Shown: positions 8,115 to 18,380, counted from the stretch's first letter. The stretch is DNA of 56,676 nucleotides from Candidatus Riflebacteria bacterium HGW-Riflebacteria-1 (GCA_002839445.1 PGYB01000006.1:128001-184676), one strand, 5' to 3'. Made by a program: numbers and translations. Notes: generated by a model not told the origin, from the sequence alone.

Positions 8115-11100
8115 TTACTGCTGCGGCACAAAAGGTTCAGATGATTCTGATCTGCCTTTGAATTTGAGCTGGAGTTCTCGATACCAGCAGTAGCCGACCG
8201 GAACAACAAAAAGCGTCAGCAGTTCGATGCACATGCCGCCAAATGTTGGCACTGCCATTGGTATCATTACGTCGGCACCACGCCCGGTTGAGGTTAAAAC
8301 CGGCAACAGCGCGAGAATGGTGGTGGCCGTAGTCATCAGGCAGGGTCGAATACGCCTTTCTCCAGCCTCAAGAACGGCTTCCCTGATCTGCTTAACATTG
8401 TCGGGATCGTTTTTCTTAAAACTGCTGTCGAGATAGGAAGCCATGACGACGCCGTCGTCGCTGGCTATGCCAAAAAGAGCGATAAATCCCACCCATACGG
8501 CAATCGACAGATTCATCGCCTGCATGTTAAGCAGTTCGCGAAAATGTATGCCGAATAGTGAGAAGTTGAGAAACCAGGCCTGCGAATACAGCCAGATCAT
8601 GATGAAACCACCGGCCCATGCGACGCCAATGCCAGTAAAGACGAGAAAGGTTACTGATACAGAGGCGAACTCAAGATACAGGATCAAAAATATTATCAGC
8701 AGGCTTAATGGCAAAACAACCATGAGTTTTTTCTCTGATCTGACCTGATTCTGATAATTGCCGATAAATTTAAAACTGGAATTAGCTGGCAATTTAAGAG
8801 CGCCTTCGGCAATTCTAGCCTGCAAAAATGCGTCTGCCGCCTCAACCACATCAGTTTCGGCATATTCCGGCATTTTATCAAAAATCACGTAACCGACTGG
8901 AAAGGTGTTTTCGCTTTTCAGGACCTGGGGGCCCTTTACAAAGCTTATTGTCGTCAGATCGCCGAGTGGTATGAACTTTTTGTCAGGTGTGGCGACCGGT
9001 ATGTTTTTGATCAGTTCCGGATTGTCGCGCAACTCGCGGGCAAAACGCAGTCTGATGCCGTATCTTTCGCGGCCCTCAAAGGTTTGTGACAGCTGCTTGC
9101 CACCAAGTGAAATTTCGATGACATTCTGCAGGTCATTAACCTTGATGCCATAACGGGCAGCGGCTTCGCGATCGATCTCGATTTCGATATACGGCTTGCC
9201 GACAATTCTATCGGCCGAAACAGTACTGGCATCAATTGATTCTATCTGTTTAAGCTCCTTTTCGAGCGCAAAACCAAGCTTTTCGACTGACTCGGTATCT
9301 GGTCCGGTTATCTGTATCCCCATTGGTGCCCTGATGCCGGTCTGTAACATGACCAGGCGGGCAGCAATCGGCTGCAGTTTTGGCGCTGAGGTTGTTCCGG
9401 GAACTGCACTGGCGTGTAAAATTTCTTTCCAGATATCGTCGGCAGATTTTATATGATCGCGCCACTGACGCTTTCTTAACCCGGTTTCGGGGTCTGGTTC
9501 GCTATATTCGGCACGATATGAGATTACCGTTTCGATCATCGAAATTGGCGCCGGATCAAGAGGTGAATCGACGCGACCAATTTTACCTACTACTGATTCG
9601 ACTTCTGGTATGCCTTTGATCGCCATATCCTGTTTGCGAATGACATCGATACATTCGGCCACACTGGCGTGCGGCATGGTTGTTGGCATGAACAGAAAAC
9701 TGCCTTCGTCGAGAGGCGGCATGAATTCACGACCAAGACCCGGAAATAAGCTGATACCTTTTCGCCATACCCACGAATCGGTGATCAGTTCGCTAGACAG
9801 CCCTGTTTTAGCCAGCATCGCCGGCACCCAGCCGTTTATGCGCGCAAATCCCAGCCAGACATTGAGCCCAAACAGAACCACTAGAAATGGAATTACCGCA
9901 AAAGCGCCTTTGTGGTCAAGAAACCAGGCCAGCATTCTGCCGTAATAAACCAGAAACAATCTGAAAAAGCCAAGAACCGAGCCAGCAGTGATTATTACAG
10001 CGATTAAATTCATAATATAGCCATAACCATAGCCAAGAGGCATCCAGATATGTGTCAGATACAGGGTTGCGGCGACAGCAAATATGACTGGTGACCATTT
10101 ATCCGCAAAGTTACGGATTCTCTGAGGAATTCGCTTGTAAAAAATTCCGGTCAGCCCGGCGAAAATCAAAATGATTCCGACTGTTGTCTGAAAAAATGCC
10201 AGAATAATTCCTGATATCAGCATTGCCACAAATCTCAGATCGCGACTGGCGCTTTTCTTTCTGAAAATCAGGGTCGCAGCTACCGGAATCAATACCAGTG
10301 CTATAAACAGCGAAGAAATCAGCGCAAATGTTTTGGTCCAGGCCAGAGGTGAAAAGAGTTTGCCTTCGGCGCCGGTCATTACGAATACCGGCAGAAAGCT
10401 TACCACTGTTGTCGAAACAGCGGTTATAACGGCTGAGCCGACTTCTGAGGCAGCGTTAAATATTGACTCCTTTGCCGGAATGTCGGTGTTGGCATCTTTT
10501 TCCAGGTGACTGAGAATATTCTCGCAAAGAATGATGCCCATATCAACCATGGTGCCGATTGCGATTGCGATGCCGGCCAGCGACATCAGATTGGCACCGA
10601 CATCAAAAATTTTCATGGCGATGAAAGTCATGAGAACTGCGAGGGGCAGCAGGCCTGAGATGAGCAGGCTTGAACTGAGGTGCAGCAGCATTACGATAAC
10701 AACCAGAATGGTGATAGTTATCTGCTGAGAAAGAGCGTCTTGAAGTGTCTGCAGGGTCTCGCCGATCAGTTTGGTGCGGTCGTAAAACGGAACAATTTTT
10801 ACCCGGCTCAAACTGCCGTCAGCAAGCTTCTTTTCTGGCAGTCCCGGCGCGATTTCACTGATTTTATGTTTCACTTTTCCGATGACTTCCAGCGGATTCG
10901 CACCAAATCTGGTAACTACCACACCGCCAACCACTTCAGCACCTTCCTTGTCGAGAGCACCCCGCCGTGTTGCTGGCCCCGAAGTTACTCTGGCGATGTT
11001 TCCGATCGTTATGCCAACGCCATTGACCGACTTGATTACCGAATTTTTCAGATCATCCAGCGATTTTATAAATCCGATACCGCGAATAACATATTCTGCC

Positions 11101-11798
11101 CGGTTTATCTCGATAGTTCCGGCGCCAACGTCGAGGTTACTTTCCTTGACGGTTTTAACCAGCTCAGGAATCGTAATGTTGTAAACTCTGAGCGTCTCAG
11201 GGTCAATGTCGATCTGGTATTCGCGAACCATGCCGCCAACCGAACCGACCTCGGCAACACCTTCAACAGCCTGCAGGGCAAATTTGATGTTCCAGTCCTG
11301 AACGCTGCGCAGCTCGTGAAGATCAAAGCCCTTGCCTTCGACGGTGTACCAGAACACCTGACCAAGAGCGGTTGCGTCTGGACCAAGAGCCGGCGTCACC
11401 CCTTCCGGAAGGTTGCCTCTTATTGACGCCAGTTTTTCGAGTATGCGCGAGCGCGACCAGTAGAAGTCGACTTTTTCGTTAAAAATAATGTAGATCGACG
11501 AAAACCCGAACATTGAGCTGGCTCGGATTGTCGAGACACCAGGAATGCCCATAAGGCTAACCGTCAACGGGTAAGTGATCTGATTGTCGACATCTTTTGG
11601 GGAGCGGCCGGGCCAGGCGACAAAGACAATCTGCTGGTTTTCGCCAATGTCAGGAATCGCATCGACGGCAACCGGCTCACGCATTATGCCGGTATTCAGG
11701 TCGAACGGAATGACCGAAAGGCCGTAAATTACCAGCACTATCAGCAATATTGCTGCAATAATGCGCTTTTCGAGGAAAAATCTGATGATTGTATCCAT
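8115..11798 (-). CDS. cusA: Heavy-metal efflux RND pump, CusA/CzcA (HME) family
   Basis: N-terminus MDTIIRFFLEKRIIAAILLIVLVIYGLSVIPFDLNTGIMREPVAVDAIPDIGENQQIVFVAWPGRSPKDV is typical of CusA. There are 12+ TM segments and two large periplasmic loops. An extra hydrophobic insertion of ~130 aa sits in the central loop. The start ATG at 11796-11798 overlaps the stop of the upstream gene (TAATG). The ORF-track start at 11840 would overlap by 43 nt. Confidence 0.9.
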   Translation of the reverse strand: MDTIIRFFLEKRIIAAILLIVLVIYGLSVIPFDLNTGIMREPVAVDAIPDIGENQQIVFVAWPGRSPKDVDNQITYPLTVSLMGIPGVSTIRASSMFGFSSIYIIFNEKVDFYWSRSRILEKLASIRGNLPEGVTPALGPDATALGQVFWYTVEGKGFDLHELRSVQDWNIKFALQAVEGVAEVGSVGGMVREYQIDIDPETLRVYNITIPELVKTVKESNLDVGAGTIEINRAEYVIRGIGFIKSLDDLKNSVIKSVNGVGITIGNIARVTSGPATRRGALDKEGAEVVGGVVVTRFGANPLEVIGKVKHKISEIAPGLPEKKLADGSLSRVKIVPFYDRTKLIGETLQTLQDALSQQITITILVVIVMLLHLSSSLLISGLLPLAVLMTFIAMKIFDVGANLMSLAGIAIAIGTMVDMGIILCENILSHLEKDANTDIPAKESIFNAASEVGSAVITAVSTTVVSFLPVFVMTGAEGKLFSPLAWTKTFALISSLFIALVLIPVAATLIFRKKSASRDLRFVAMLISGIILAFFQTTVGIILIFAGLTGIFYKRIPQRIRNFADKWSPVIFAVAATLYLTHIWMPLGYGYGYIMNLIAVIITAGSVLGFFRLFLVYYGRMLAWFLDHKGAFAVIPFLVVLFGLNVWLGFARINGWVPAMLAKTGLSSELITDSWVWRKGISLFPGLGREFMPPLDEGSFLFMPTTMPHASVAECIDVIRKQDMAIKGIPEVESVVGKIGRVDSPLDPAPISMIETVISYRAEYSEPDPETGLRKRQWRDHIKSADDIWKEILHASAVPGTTSAPKLQPIAARLVMLQTGIRAPMGIQITGPDTESVEKLGFALEKELKQIESIDASTVSADRIVGKPYIEIEIDREAAARYGIKVNDLQNVIEISLGGKQLSQTFEGRERYGIRLRFARELRDNPELIKNIPVATPDKKFIPLGDLTTISFVKGPQVLKSENTFPVGYVIFDKMPEYAETDVVEAADAFLQARIAEGALKLPANSSFKFIGNYQNQVRSEKKLMVVLPLSLLIIFLILYLEFASVSVTFLVFTGIGVAWAGGFIMIWLYSQAWFLNFSLFGIHFRELLNMQAMNLSIAVWVGFIALFGIASDDGVVMASYLDSSFKKNDPDNVKQIREAVLEAGERRIRPCLMTTATTILALLPVLTSTGRGADVMIPMAVPTFGGMCIELLTLFVVPVGYCWYRELQLKFKGRSESSEPFVPQQ

Positions 11799-13672
11799 TA
11801 CCGTTTCTCTTTGTCCCAGACTTTTCTGGTGCTGCCACATTTAAGCATTCTTGCGCCAAAATAGGGGTTTGCCAGATCAGCAGCCGATTGAAACCAGGTC
11901 GCGCCTTTGTTGTTGAAAGCCATTGGACAAAAGTTTTCGTGAATTTCGAAACTGAGTTTGCCTTTAACCAGCATGAGCAGATTGCGCAACACGGCATCCA
12001 GGCCGAACAGGTTCTCTCTGGCTGCGGCGATCTCAGTGCTTGCCTGGATTTTCAACAGGATTGGCATCATTGGTGCAACTGCAGTGGTCAATGAAACAGC
12101 TGCCGGGTCGAGAGCCATCATTTGCTCATGTGATTTGCCGGCTGCTTCTGCTGCTCCCGGCAGGTCATCCGCCGCCAGTTTTTCAGAAACTTCGAGACAG
12201 CTTTTTATAAGCTCTTCGAGTTGTTTCATGTTTTCCGGAGAGATTTCCTGGGAACTTAGCTGAGTGAACTCCTGCAGCGAAGTGTCTCTTGACGGACTCA
12301 TCATGCTGTTTCCGGCGCGTATCTGCTGCTCAGAGTCAAGTTTGAAGGCACCTTCAACGACAACCCGGTCACCTTTTTCGAGGCCGTCATAGATGAGATA
12401 GCCTGAATCTACGCGCGCACCGACCAGCACCTCAACCGCTTCGTAAAGGCCGTTATCCTTATCCTTTTCGCGAAAGACGATAGATCGCGGGCCACTCCAG
12501 AGCACTGCGCTTTCGGGCACAATCAGCGGCTGATTCCCGTCACTGTTTGTTTTTATTCCGATGCTCTCAATTGGCACCAGCGCCATGCCACAGACATCAC
12601 ATGCGCCCGGACCATCCTTAATCACTTCGGGATGCATCGGCGAGATCCATTTGCCGGCCAGTTCGGGGTTTATCACCTCGCCGCCCGGACCAACAGAAAC
12701 CTTGATTGTTACTCTGCCAAACATGCCCGGCTTGAGCTGACCGTTCTTATTGTCGAGGTTTATGCGGGCATCGACCGTTCTTGAATCAGCAGCTAAAACT
12801 GGTGAGATGAAAGATATAACGCCCGGAAAAATTATACCGGGAAAAGCCTCAAATTCGCATTCAACCGACTGACCATATCTGAGCCACTGAATATCACGCT
12901 CATAAACCGAAGCGATCAGCCAGAGTCGGTTCATGTCGGCAATAGAAAACAGTCTGGTTCCCTGATTTACATACATTCCCTCTCTGGCAGTCTGCTCGAT
13001 TACGATCCCTGCTGCCGGCGAGTTAATGGTTACCAGCTCATTCTGAACTTTTTGCGACTTGAATTGTTCGATCTGCTGGCTGGAAATACCCCAGCGCAGC
13101 AGGCGCTCGACCACGGCCCTGTGCAGGCTTTCGTTGCCGGCAGTATTGACCAGCTCTTCGCGCGCGGCGATCAGATCGGGGCTGTAGAACTCTGCCATAT
13201 GATCGCCCTGTATTACCGGTATGCCGGTGTAATTGACGTATAGTTTTTCGATTCGGCCGCCGACCCAGGCGGTTACGTGCTTAACCCTTGTTTCATCGAG
13301 TTTTGCTGTTCCGGGCAGTCTTAAAGTTCTGGTAGCGGTCCCGGAAAACACTTCGGCAGTTCTTACTTCAGCGAGCTCGCGTGCTGCATCAGAAAGCTTG
13401 AGAACAGACGGGTTGCCAGAGTCCAGGCTCTTGTCGAGGAGAATCAGATCCATAAAACACTTTGGGCACTTGCCTTGCTTGTTCTGTCTTACTTCGGGAT
13501 GCATGGAACAGGTCCAGATTTGTGCGACTTCTTCTTTATGCTCGGAATGGTCATCTGAAGCCGGAATGGGCTTATGGCCGGCAAAAAGCAGATAGCCGGT
13601 GATGAGTCCAACCAGAAACACCGCCAATAGTGACATATATGGTTTATTATTTTCGATCAGAGCTGGTTTCAT
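11798..13672 (-). CDS. cusB: RND efflux periplasmic adaptor (CusB-like) with two N-terminal heavy-metal-binding domains
   Basis: An N-terminal TM/signal anchor. Two CxxxHP...CPxC-like motifs (WTCSMHPEV...GKCPKCFMDL and WISPMHPEV...GACDVCGMAL) fit an HMBD. A beta-barrel/lipoyl-like adaptor body follows. The start overlaps the upstream gene end at 13669-13672. Confidence 0.85.
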   Translation of the reverse strand: MKPALIENNKPYMSLLAVFLVGLITGYLLFAGHKPIPASDDHSEHKEEVAQIWTCSMHPEVRQNKQGKCPKCFMDLILLDKSLDSGNPSVLKLSDAARELAEVRTAEVFSGTATRTLRLPGTAKLDETRVKHVTAWVGGRIEKLYVNYTGIPVIQGDHMAEFYSPDLIAAREELVNTAGNESLHRAVVERLLRWGISSQQIEQFKSQKVQNELVTINSPAAGIVIEQTAREGMYVNQGTRLFSIADMNRLWLIASVYERDIQWLRYGQSVECEFEAFPGIIFPGVISFISPVLAADSRTVDARINLDNKNGQLKPGMFGRVTIKVSVGPGGEVINPELAGKWISPMHPEVIKDGPGACDVCGMALVPIESIGIKTNSDGNQPLIVPESAVLWSGPRSIVFREKDKDNGLYEAVEVLVGARVDSGYLIYDGLEKGDRVVVEGAFKLDSEQQIRAGNSMMSPSRDTSLQEFTQLSSQEISPENMKQLEELIKSCLEVSEKLAADDLPGAAEAAGKSHEQMMALDPAAVSLTTAVAPMMPILLKIQASTEIAAARENLFGLDAVLRNLLMLVKGKLSFEIHENFCPMAFNNKGATWFQSAADLANPYFGARMLKCGSTRKVWDKEKR

Positions 13673-15054
13673 TGTTGGGATCCTGCTTTAAAGTAGATTT
13701 TTCCGATGTCATAAAGCATGTCTGCTCTGGCCTTGAGAGTGGCGAATTCAGAATCGATCAGCTTTTCTTTGAGATTCAACAATCTCTTTTCGGTCTCGAC
13801 AAGCTGCTGAAAGCTGGCCTGGCCACTTTCATACTGTGATTTTACGCTGGCAAAGGCCTTTTCAAATTCTGGCAGCATCCGGGATCTGATAATCTGCAGA
13901 CTCTGCTGGTTGCGTTGAAAAGATGCGAGATCGCTGGCATACTGCGCCTTCAGCATCAGTCCGGTAGAGGTCACGGCCTCGGCTTGTGCCTGTCTTCGCG
14001 CTTTGAGCTGCTCGACGAAGATACGGTTAAACTCGATTCTGGAATCAGCCTGAGGTATACCAGCCGATGCCGCTGTTGACATGCTTTTTTTCATGGGCAG
14101 CCGCGAAGTGCTCGTATATTCTGGAAAGGTCATTCTCTGAACCAGAGCGATCGAATCTTCGAGGCGGTTTAATCCGATATTTTCTGCCAGCAAAGCCGGA
14201 TGATCTGCAAATCTGTGGTCGCCAGTCTGACCGGGTGACGTAAAATCTGAGGCCGGCAAAGCGTTGAAATTCAATGCTGGTCGCTCGCCGTCGAGCAGCG
14301 CGAAAGCTTTTTCCTGCTGCTCTATCAGCATCGTCTGATACTGATTTTTCTGGGTTTCCAGACGGGAAGCTTCAAGCGAGATCATGGTCAGCTCAGCGAA
14401 AGAAATTTTGCCATTGCGATACAATGAATCCGAAGTCTTTTTGAGGTCAGTGTAGAGCCCGATGGTTTTATCAATCAAAGCCAGTCTCTTGCGGGCGGCT
14501 ATGATCTGATATGCTGCAAGTCTGCTCTGTCTGGCCATTCCGGCGAGAAAGTGATCAAATCGGGCACTGGCTTCATCACTGATTGATTGCGCAATTCTGG
14601 CTTTGATTGCTGAGACGCCAGGAAAAGGATGCTCTTTGAAAAGCGGAGTTAATGCCGGAGTCTGGCTCATAAAGGCGGAAAACTGGTTAAGCAGAAGCTC
14701 CATTGCCTGGGTTTGTGAAAGATTGTATCTGGCCGCGGCAAGCATCTGTTTTTGTTTTCTTACTTCCGGAGCCAGCGTCAAGGCGGCCCGGGTAAAGTCT
14801 TCCGGGGTTCTGATTGACAATGCTGCCGGTGGTTGGACAACCGCCGGTTCAGTGGGCCACTTCTCTGTCATTGGTTCAGGCGCGTTCAGCGTTGCTTGAA
14901 TTCTTTCGTCAAAGCTGTCTCTGATCTCTGGTGCTGCTTTAAAGCTTTTTAACTGCTCAAGCTGCTGACTGAAAAAAGCTGATGCCGGTCGGGAATCTGC
15001 GTGGACGGGCATGGCAAGGCAGAACAGTGCTAGAAATGCCGATGTTTTTCTCAT
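13669..15054 (-). CDS. Outer-membrane efflux protein, TolC/OEP family (second of two)
   Basis: Has a signal peptide (MRKTSAFLALFCLAMPVHA). Long coiled-coil-type repeats rich in Q/L/A/E are typical of OEP proteins. A 4-nt overlap with the upstream gene. Confidence 0.7.
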   Translation of the reverse strand: MRKTSAFLALFCLAMPVHADSRPASAFFSQQLEQLKSFKAAPEIRDSFDERIQATLNAPEPMTEKWPTEPAVVQPPAALSIRTPEDFTRAALTLAPEVRKQKQMLAAARYNLSQTQAMELLLNQFSAFMSQTPALTPLFKEHPFPGVSAIKARIAQSISDEASARFDHFLAGMARQSRLAAYQIIAARKRLALIDKTIGLYTDLKKTSDSLYRNGKISFAELTMISLEASRLETQKNQYQTMLIEQQEKAFALLDGERPALNFNALPASDFTSPGQTGDHRFADHPALLAENIGLNRLEDSIALVQRMTFPEYTSTSRLPMKKSMSTAASAGIPQADSRIEFNRIFVEQLKARRQAQAEAVTSTGLMLKAQYASDLASFQRNQQSLQIIRSRMLPEFEKAFASVKSQYESGQASFQQLVETEKRLLNLKEKLIDSEFATLKARADMLYDIGKIYFKAGSQQ

Positions 15055-16340
15055 CGCGAAATCTCCTCCTGCTGCAGCTCAAACGGTTTTCCGACCCACT
15101 TTTCCAGTTCACTGACACTGACAAAGTAATCAGCTTCTGCGCGCAAGGCGGCGACTTTAATTGCGTAAACAGTAGTCATTGCTTCGAGATAGTCGGCAAA
15201 TCTTGTTTTATCTGTCGTAAAAGTGCTTTGCGCGCTATCAGCGGCGCTTTGTGCCTGCGGCAATATAGTCTGCGCGTAAAGCTGATGCATGCGGCGCCGG
15301 TTCGTCATGTTAAACCAGAGCTTAACCAGACTGGCTCTGGTTCTGGTTTTTTCGGCATCTAACAGAGAATCAGCCTCGCGCTGTTTTTCTTTGGCTTCCC
15401 TGATCCGGCTTCGGTTCTTGTTACCCCAGATCGGCAGGTTCATCTGCACAAAGAAACCGTATGAATCTTTGCCTTCGTCCTTGAGATAGACATTGCCAAG
15501 ATCTGGTCGATTGCCGGTAATATTCTGACTGTAGCCGATAACAAAATCAGGCTTGTTGTCAAATCCTGCCAGCCTCAGTTTTGTTGCCGCAATTTTCTTG
15601 GAATTTTCTGCTGCCGAGATTTCGCTTCTGCTCGTTAACGCAAGTTCCAGCAAATCTTCGCTGCTGTATGGTATTTTAAATACAGGAAGCGCGGCGAACC
15701 ATTGCGGTTCAAGCGTCTGCAGGCCAGTCAGTGCTCTTAGTCTGGCTTTTTCAGACTCGAGAAGTTCGGCGTAGTTGATTTGATCGTTAGCCGTTTGCGC
15801 GAGCTGACTCTGCGCCCGCAAAACAGGCAGCAGCGCTACCGAAGCGGTGTTGGCGGTTGCTTCTTTGGCGAGAAATTCTACTATTCTGGCGTTGGCTTCG
15901 GTAACCTCGACCGCTTTGCTTAAATACCATATTTCGGCATAGCTTTTTTTGATCTCAGTAATCAGATCACGCAGTTTTATCTCATAGAGAAACCTGTCGC
16001 TTTCTGACATCTGGTGATTCAAGCGGATCGCAGTTTTCTGCTTGCCCGGATATGGCAGCATCTGGCTGATTGTCAGCATCTGGTTCTGTTCGCCAGTTCT
16101 GGTTTGAACCGGTTCAATATTCTGACGAAAATTCACCACCGGGTCAGCCAGCGCGGTTTTATGAATTACTGCCGCGCTGGTGGCTTTCCAACGATGATAA
16201 GCTGCGCCCAGCTCAGGATTATTCTGCAGACAACTTTCGAGCAGAAGGCTCAGGCCATTGGTTTCCTGACTGTGTAGCGCCATTGGCAGGCAGAAAAGAG
16301 CAACCAGAGTATAAATCAGGTAATTTCGGTAGATCGCCAT
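15051..16340 (-). CDS. Outer-membrane efflux protein, TolC/OEP family (first of two)
   Basis: Signal peptide plus LSLLLESCLQNNPEL... start, characteristic of the OEP family. Two-repeat architecture. Confidence 0.8.
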   Translation of the reverse strand: MAIYRNYLIYTLVALFCLPMALHSQETNGLSLLLESCLQNNPELGAAYHRWKATSAAVIHKTALADPVVNFRQNIEPVQTRTGEQNQMLTISQMLPYPGKQKTAIRLNHQMSESDRFLYEIKLRDLITEIKKSYAEIWYLSKAVEVTEANARIVEFLAKEATANTASVALLPVLRAQSQLAQTANDQINYAELLESEKARLRALTGLQTLEPQWFAALPVFKIPYSSEDLLELALTSRSEISAAENSKKIAATKLRLAGFDNKPDFVIGYSQNITGNRPDLGNVYLKDEGKDSYGFFVQMNLPIWGNKNRSRIREAKEKQREADSLLDAEKTRTRASLVKLWFNMTNRRRMHQLYAQTILPQAQSAADSAQSTFTTDKTRFADYLEAMTTVYAIKVAALRAEADYFVSVSELEKWVGKPFELQQEEISR

Positions 16341-16402
16341 TTTGTTTTTCCAATCGTAAAAAAGCAGCTGAAATCATGATGATTTCAGCTGATAATGACT
16401 AG

Positions 16403-16810
16403 TTATTTGCCAGCCGGTTCCATGCTTTTCTGGCCATGATAAAAGGTTATGGTGGCTGCTTCTTCGTCGATGGTGAAAAACTTGAGACTGGCTTCGAGAC
16501 CAGAAACCGGGCATTTACCCTCAACATTGGTCACTTTGAGCGTTCTGGTCGCCGCGTCTTTCAGCTTGTCCTGAAATTTGGCGGGTTCAGCTTCGAACGA
16601 GCCAATACAGCCGCCGCAGCAGAAGTAATAAAGTCGACCGTCAACGATCGTATTTACTGATTTGTCGATAGTGCCACCCATCACTGGACAGTCATTGGCA
16701 AGAACTTCAACGATCTCAGTCGGAAAGACAGTCTGGTTTTCTTGAGCTGCCAGGTTGTTAAAAAGCAGAACGGCCAGAATCATTGACAAGATCAGGATTG
16801 TTTTTCTCAT
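16403..16810 (-). CDS. Periplasmic YHS/TRASH-domain metal-binding protein
   Basis: Signal peptide. CPVMGG...YYFCCGGCIGSFEAEPAKF matches the YHS-domain cysteine pattern. First gene of the efflux operon. Confidence 0.7.
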   Translation of the reverse strand: MRKTILILSMILAVLLFNNLAAQENQTVFPTEIVEVLANDCPVMGGTIDKSVNTIVDGRLYYFCCGGCIGSFEAEPAKFQDKLKDAATRTLKVTNVEGKCPVSGLEASLKFFTIDEEAATITFYHGQKSMEPAGK

Positions 16811-17015
16811 TTTTGTTCCTCCAGAATTTGTATCTTAAGACAGGGTAGTTTTACCTGCCAAGCATGTCAATTGTTAGCGCAATATTCGTGCCGAGGCCGG
16901 CAAAACCAAATTGGCTCAGCTGATATAAAGGCCACGTATAACCAGACTGTTAAGGGCTAAGCCATGTAAATAGCCTTCGGGCAATCACGAATCAAATGCT
17001 GGCGACAGGCATAGC

Positions 17016-17060
17016 AGTTCGACAATATTGTCGAGCTGCCACTAAAATTGTCGAACTGCC
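17016..17060. promoter_or_regulatory. Palindromic operator-like site (GCAGTTCGACAAT|ATTGTCGAGCTGC) plus a third half-site 8 bp away, upstream of the metal-efflux operon
   Basis: Read directly: cagttcgacaatattgtcgagctgccactaaaattgtcgaactgcc. The first 26 bp form a near-perfect palindrome with one mismatch. ATTGTCGAACTGCC then recurs as a direct repeat. It lies ~210-260 bp upstream of the first operon gene (start at 16810, minus strand). A T-run-less hairpin, not an intrinsic terminator. Confidence 0.3.
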
Positions 17061-17084
17061 AGCATTCGGAATTATGCCTGACGG

Positions 17085-17942
17085 TCAGCTCAGGTTAAGC
17101 AGAAGTAGAAAGTCGCAGGCATGCTGATAGCCGATGCGTTGATAGATAGCGTTTGAGACAGGGTTGCTGGCGTCAGTAAAAAGCAGACATCGCGGCGAAC
17201 CTTGATCCAGAAGGTATTGGGAATACTCAGCGACCAGCTGTGAGGCGTAGCCTTTGCCACGCAATTCGTCGGGTGTGTAAACCCAGGCGATGGAATCACC
17301 AAAAGGAGCCGGTCTGATGGCTCCGGCCATCGAGACGGGAGTGCCATTAACTTCCCAGATTACTCGCTTTCGGTTTTCAATCGACTGCCGTGTTTTTTTG
17401 CCGAGATCATCACGCAATGAAGGCGAATTGCTTTCTGGCAAATGGCAGTCAATTGTAAAGCGCACCGCCCACTCGACGAGCAGATCTGCGTCAGCTGCTT
17501 CGGCAAAGCGCAGTTTTCCACCGGGCCGGTTGGCGGGCATTACAACCTTCTGCAGCTCATAACTCATCATTTTTTCGATCTTCAGATTGGCCTTGGGAAA
17601 ATAGGCCGGGACATGCGGCAACAACTCGGCAATCGTCTGCTCCGGGCCAAACAGGGTTCTAGGCCGGCCAACGTGGGCCAGCCACTCGGTCAGGGCAAAT
17701 CTGGCAACCTCAGCTGGCATGGCAGAGAACACCGGGCGACCATTTATTGTCTGGGCCACTGCGCCAACAAGCTCGCCGGCCCGCAAAATTGCGGCAAAGC
17801 GGTCGGCCGGCTGGGGTTCTTCCCCTGGCATGCGCGCAGAAAGCATACCAAGAAACATATTGTTAGGCATAAGGTTCTTGATCAGCGATTCCCAAACGGT
17901 TTCACGAAAATTGTAGATGTCTGAAGTCTGAATAAACTGCAT
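17085..17942 (-). CDS. GNAT-family acetyltransferase (larger, two-domain type)
   Basis: C-terminal ...VYTPDELRGKGYASQLVAEYSQYLLDQGSPRCLLFTDASNPVSNAIYQRIGYQ is a GNAT motif A/B. Confidence 0.6.
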   Translation of the reverse strand: MQFIQTSDIYNFRETVWESLIKNLMPNNMFLGMLSARMPGEEPQPADRFAAILRAGELVGAVAQTINGRPVFSAMPAEVARFALTEWLAHVGRPRTLFGPEQTIAELLPHVPAYFPKANLKIEKMMSYELQKVVMPANRPGGKLRFAEAADADLLVEWAVRFTIDCHLPESNSPSLRDDLGKKTRQSIENRKRVIWEVNGTPVSMAGAIRPAPFGDSIAWVYTPDELRGKGYASQLVAEYSQYLLDQGSPRCLLFTDASNPVSNAIYQRIGYQHACDFLLLLNLS

Positions 17943-17981
17943 TGTTAACCCCGGAGAAATTCGAATTAGACCAGGATGCTC

Positions 17982-18380
17982 CTAATCCATATGTTCAGTA
18001 ATGGTAGACGGTAAAACAACCCAGGAGAGCATGTGGTCCTCGTAAACTGAGAAAGTTGGCGAAGGCAGGTCGTGATTTTCAAATGCACCGGCTGGTGCAA
18101 TTATTGAATCGGGAAGATCGTCGATTTCCCAATATACAGTGGCGCCGCAGGAAGGGCAAAAATAGAAATGAACATGGTCGCCTTCGTCAGTTGGTCGATC
18201 GAATTTTGTCGCATTTCCTTCAATCAGCACTTTTTCTTTCTTCAACCTTACCTGAACACCAAAAGCGCTGCCAGTTCTCTTTTGGCAGGCGTGGCAGTGA
18301 CATATTGATGTTTTGGTGATTGTGTCATTGTACCGCAAAACGAGTTGTCCGCAGGAACAGGAGGCTTTTTCGGAATTCAT
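17982..18380 (-). CDS. GFA (glutathione-dependent formaldehyde-activating / CENP-V-like) zinc-binding family protein
   Basis: CSCGQ...CHCHACQKRTG...FCPSCGATVY cysteine pattern typical of the GFA family. Confidence 0.7.
   Translation of the reverse strand: MNSEKASCSCGQLVLRYNDTITKTSICHCHACQKRTGSAFGVQVRLKKEKVLIEGNATKFDRPTDEGDHVHFYFCPSCGATVYWEIDDLPDSIIAPAGAFENHDLPSPTFSVYEDHMLSWVVLPSTITEHMD

Noticed and set aside
7899-8144. 81-aa +strand ORF in the AT-rich islet overlapping the 3' end of cusA
   Set aside because: No RBS, no recognisable motif, and it overlaps the cusA stop region. It is probably a chance ORF in AT-rich DNA. It could be a tiny accessory gene, but it is unsupported.
8227-11426. 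Numerous 60-250-aa ORFs on both strands inside the cusA and cusB coding regions
   Set aside because: They are completely embedded in long, motif-rich RND pump and adaptor ORFs. None has an RBS, and the compositional bias is that of shadow frames.
11799-11840. Alternative cusA start at 11840, overlapping the adaptor gene by 43 nt
   Set aside because: The ATG at 11796-11798 gives the canonical MDTIIRF... N-terminus and a TAATG coupled junction. The longer start adds 14 non-conserved residues.
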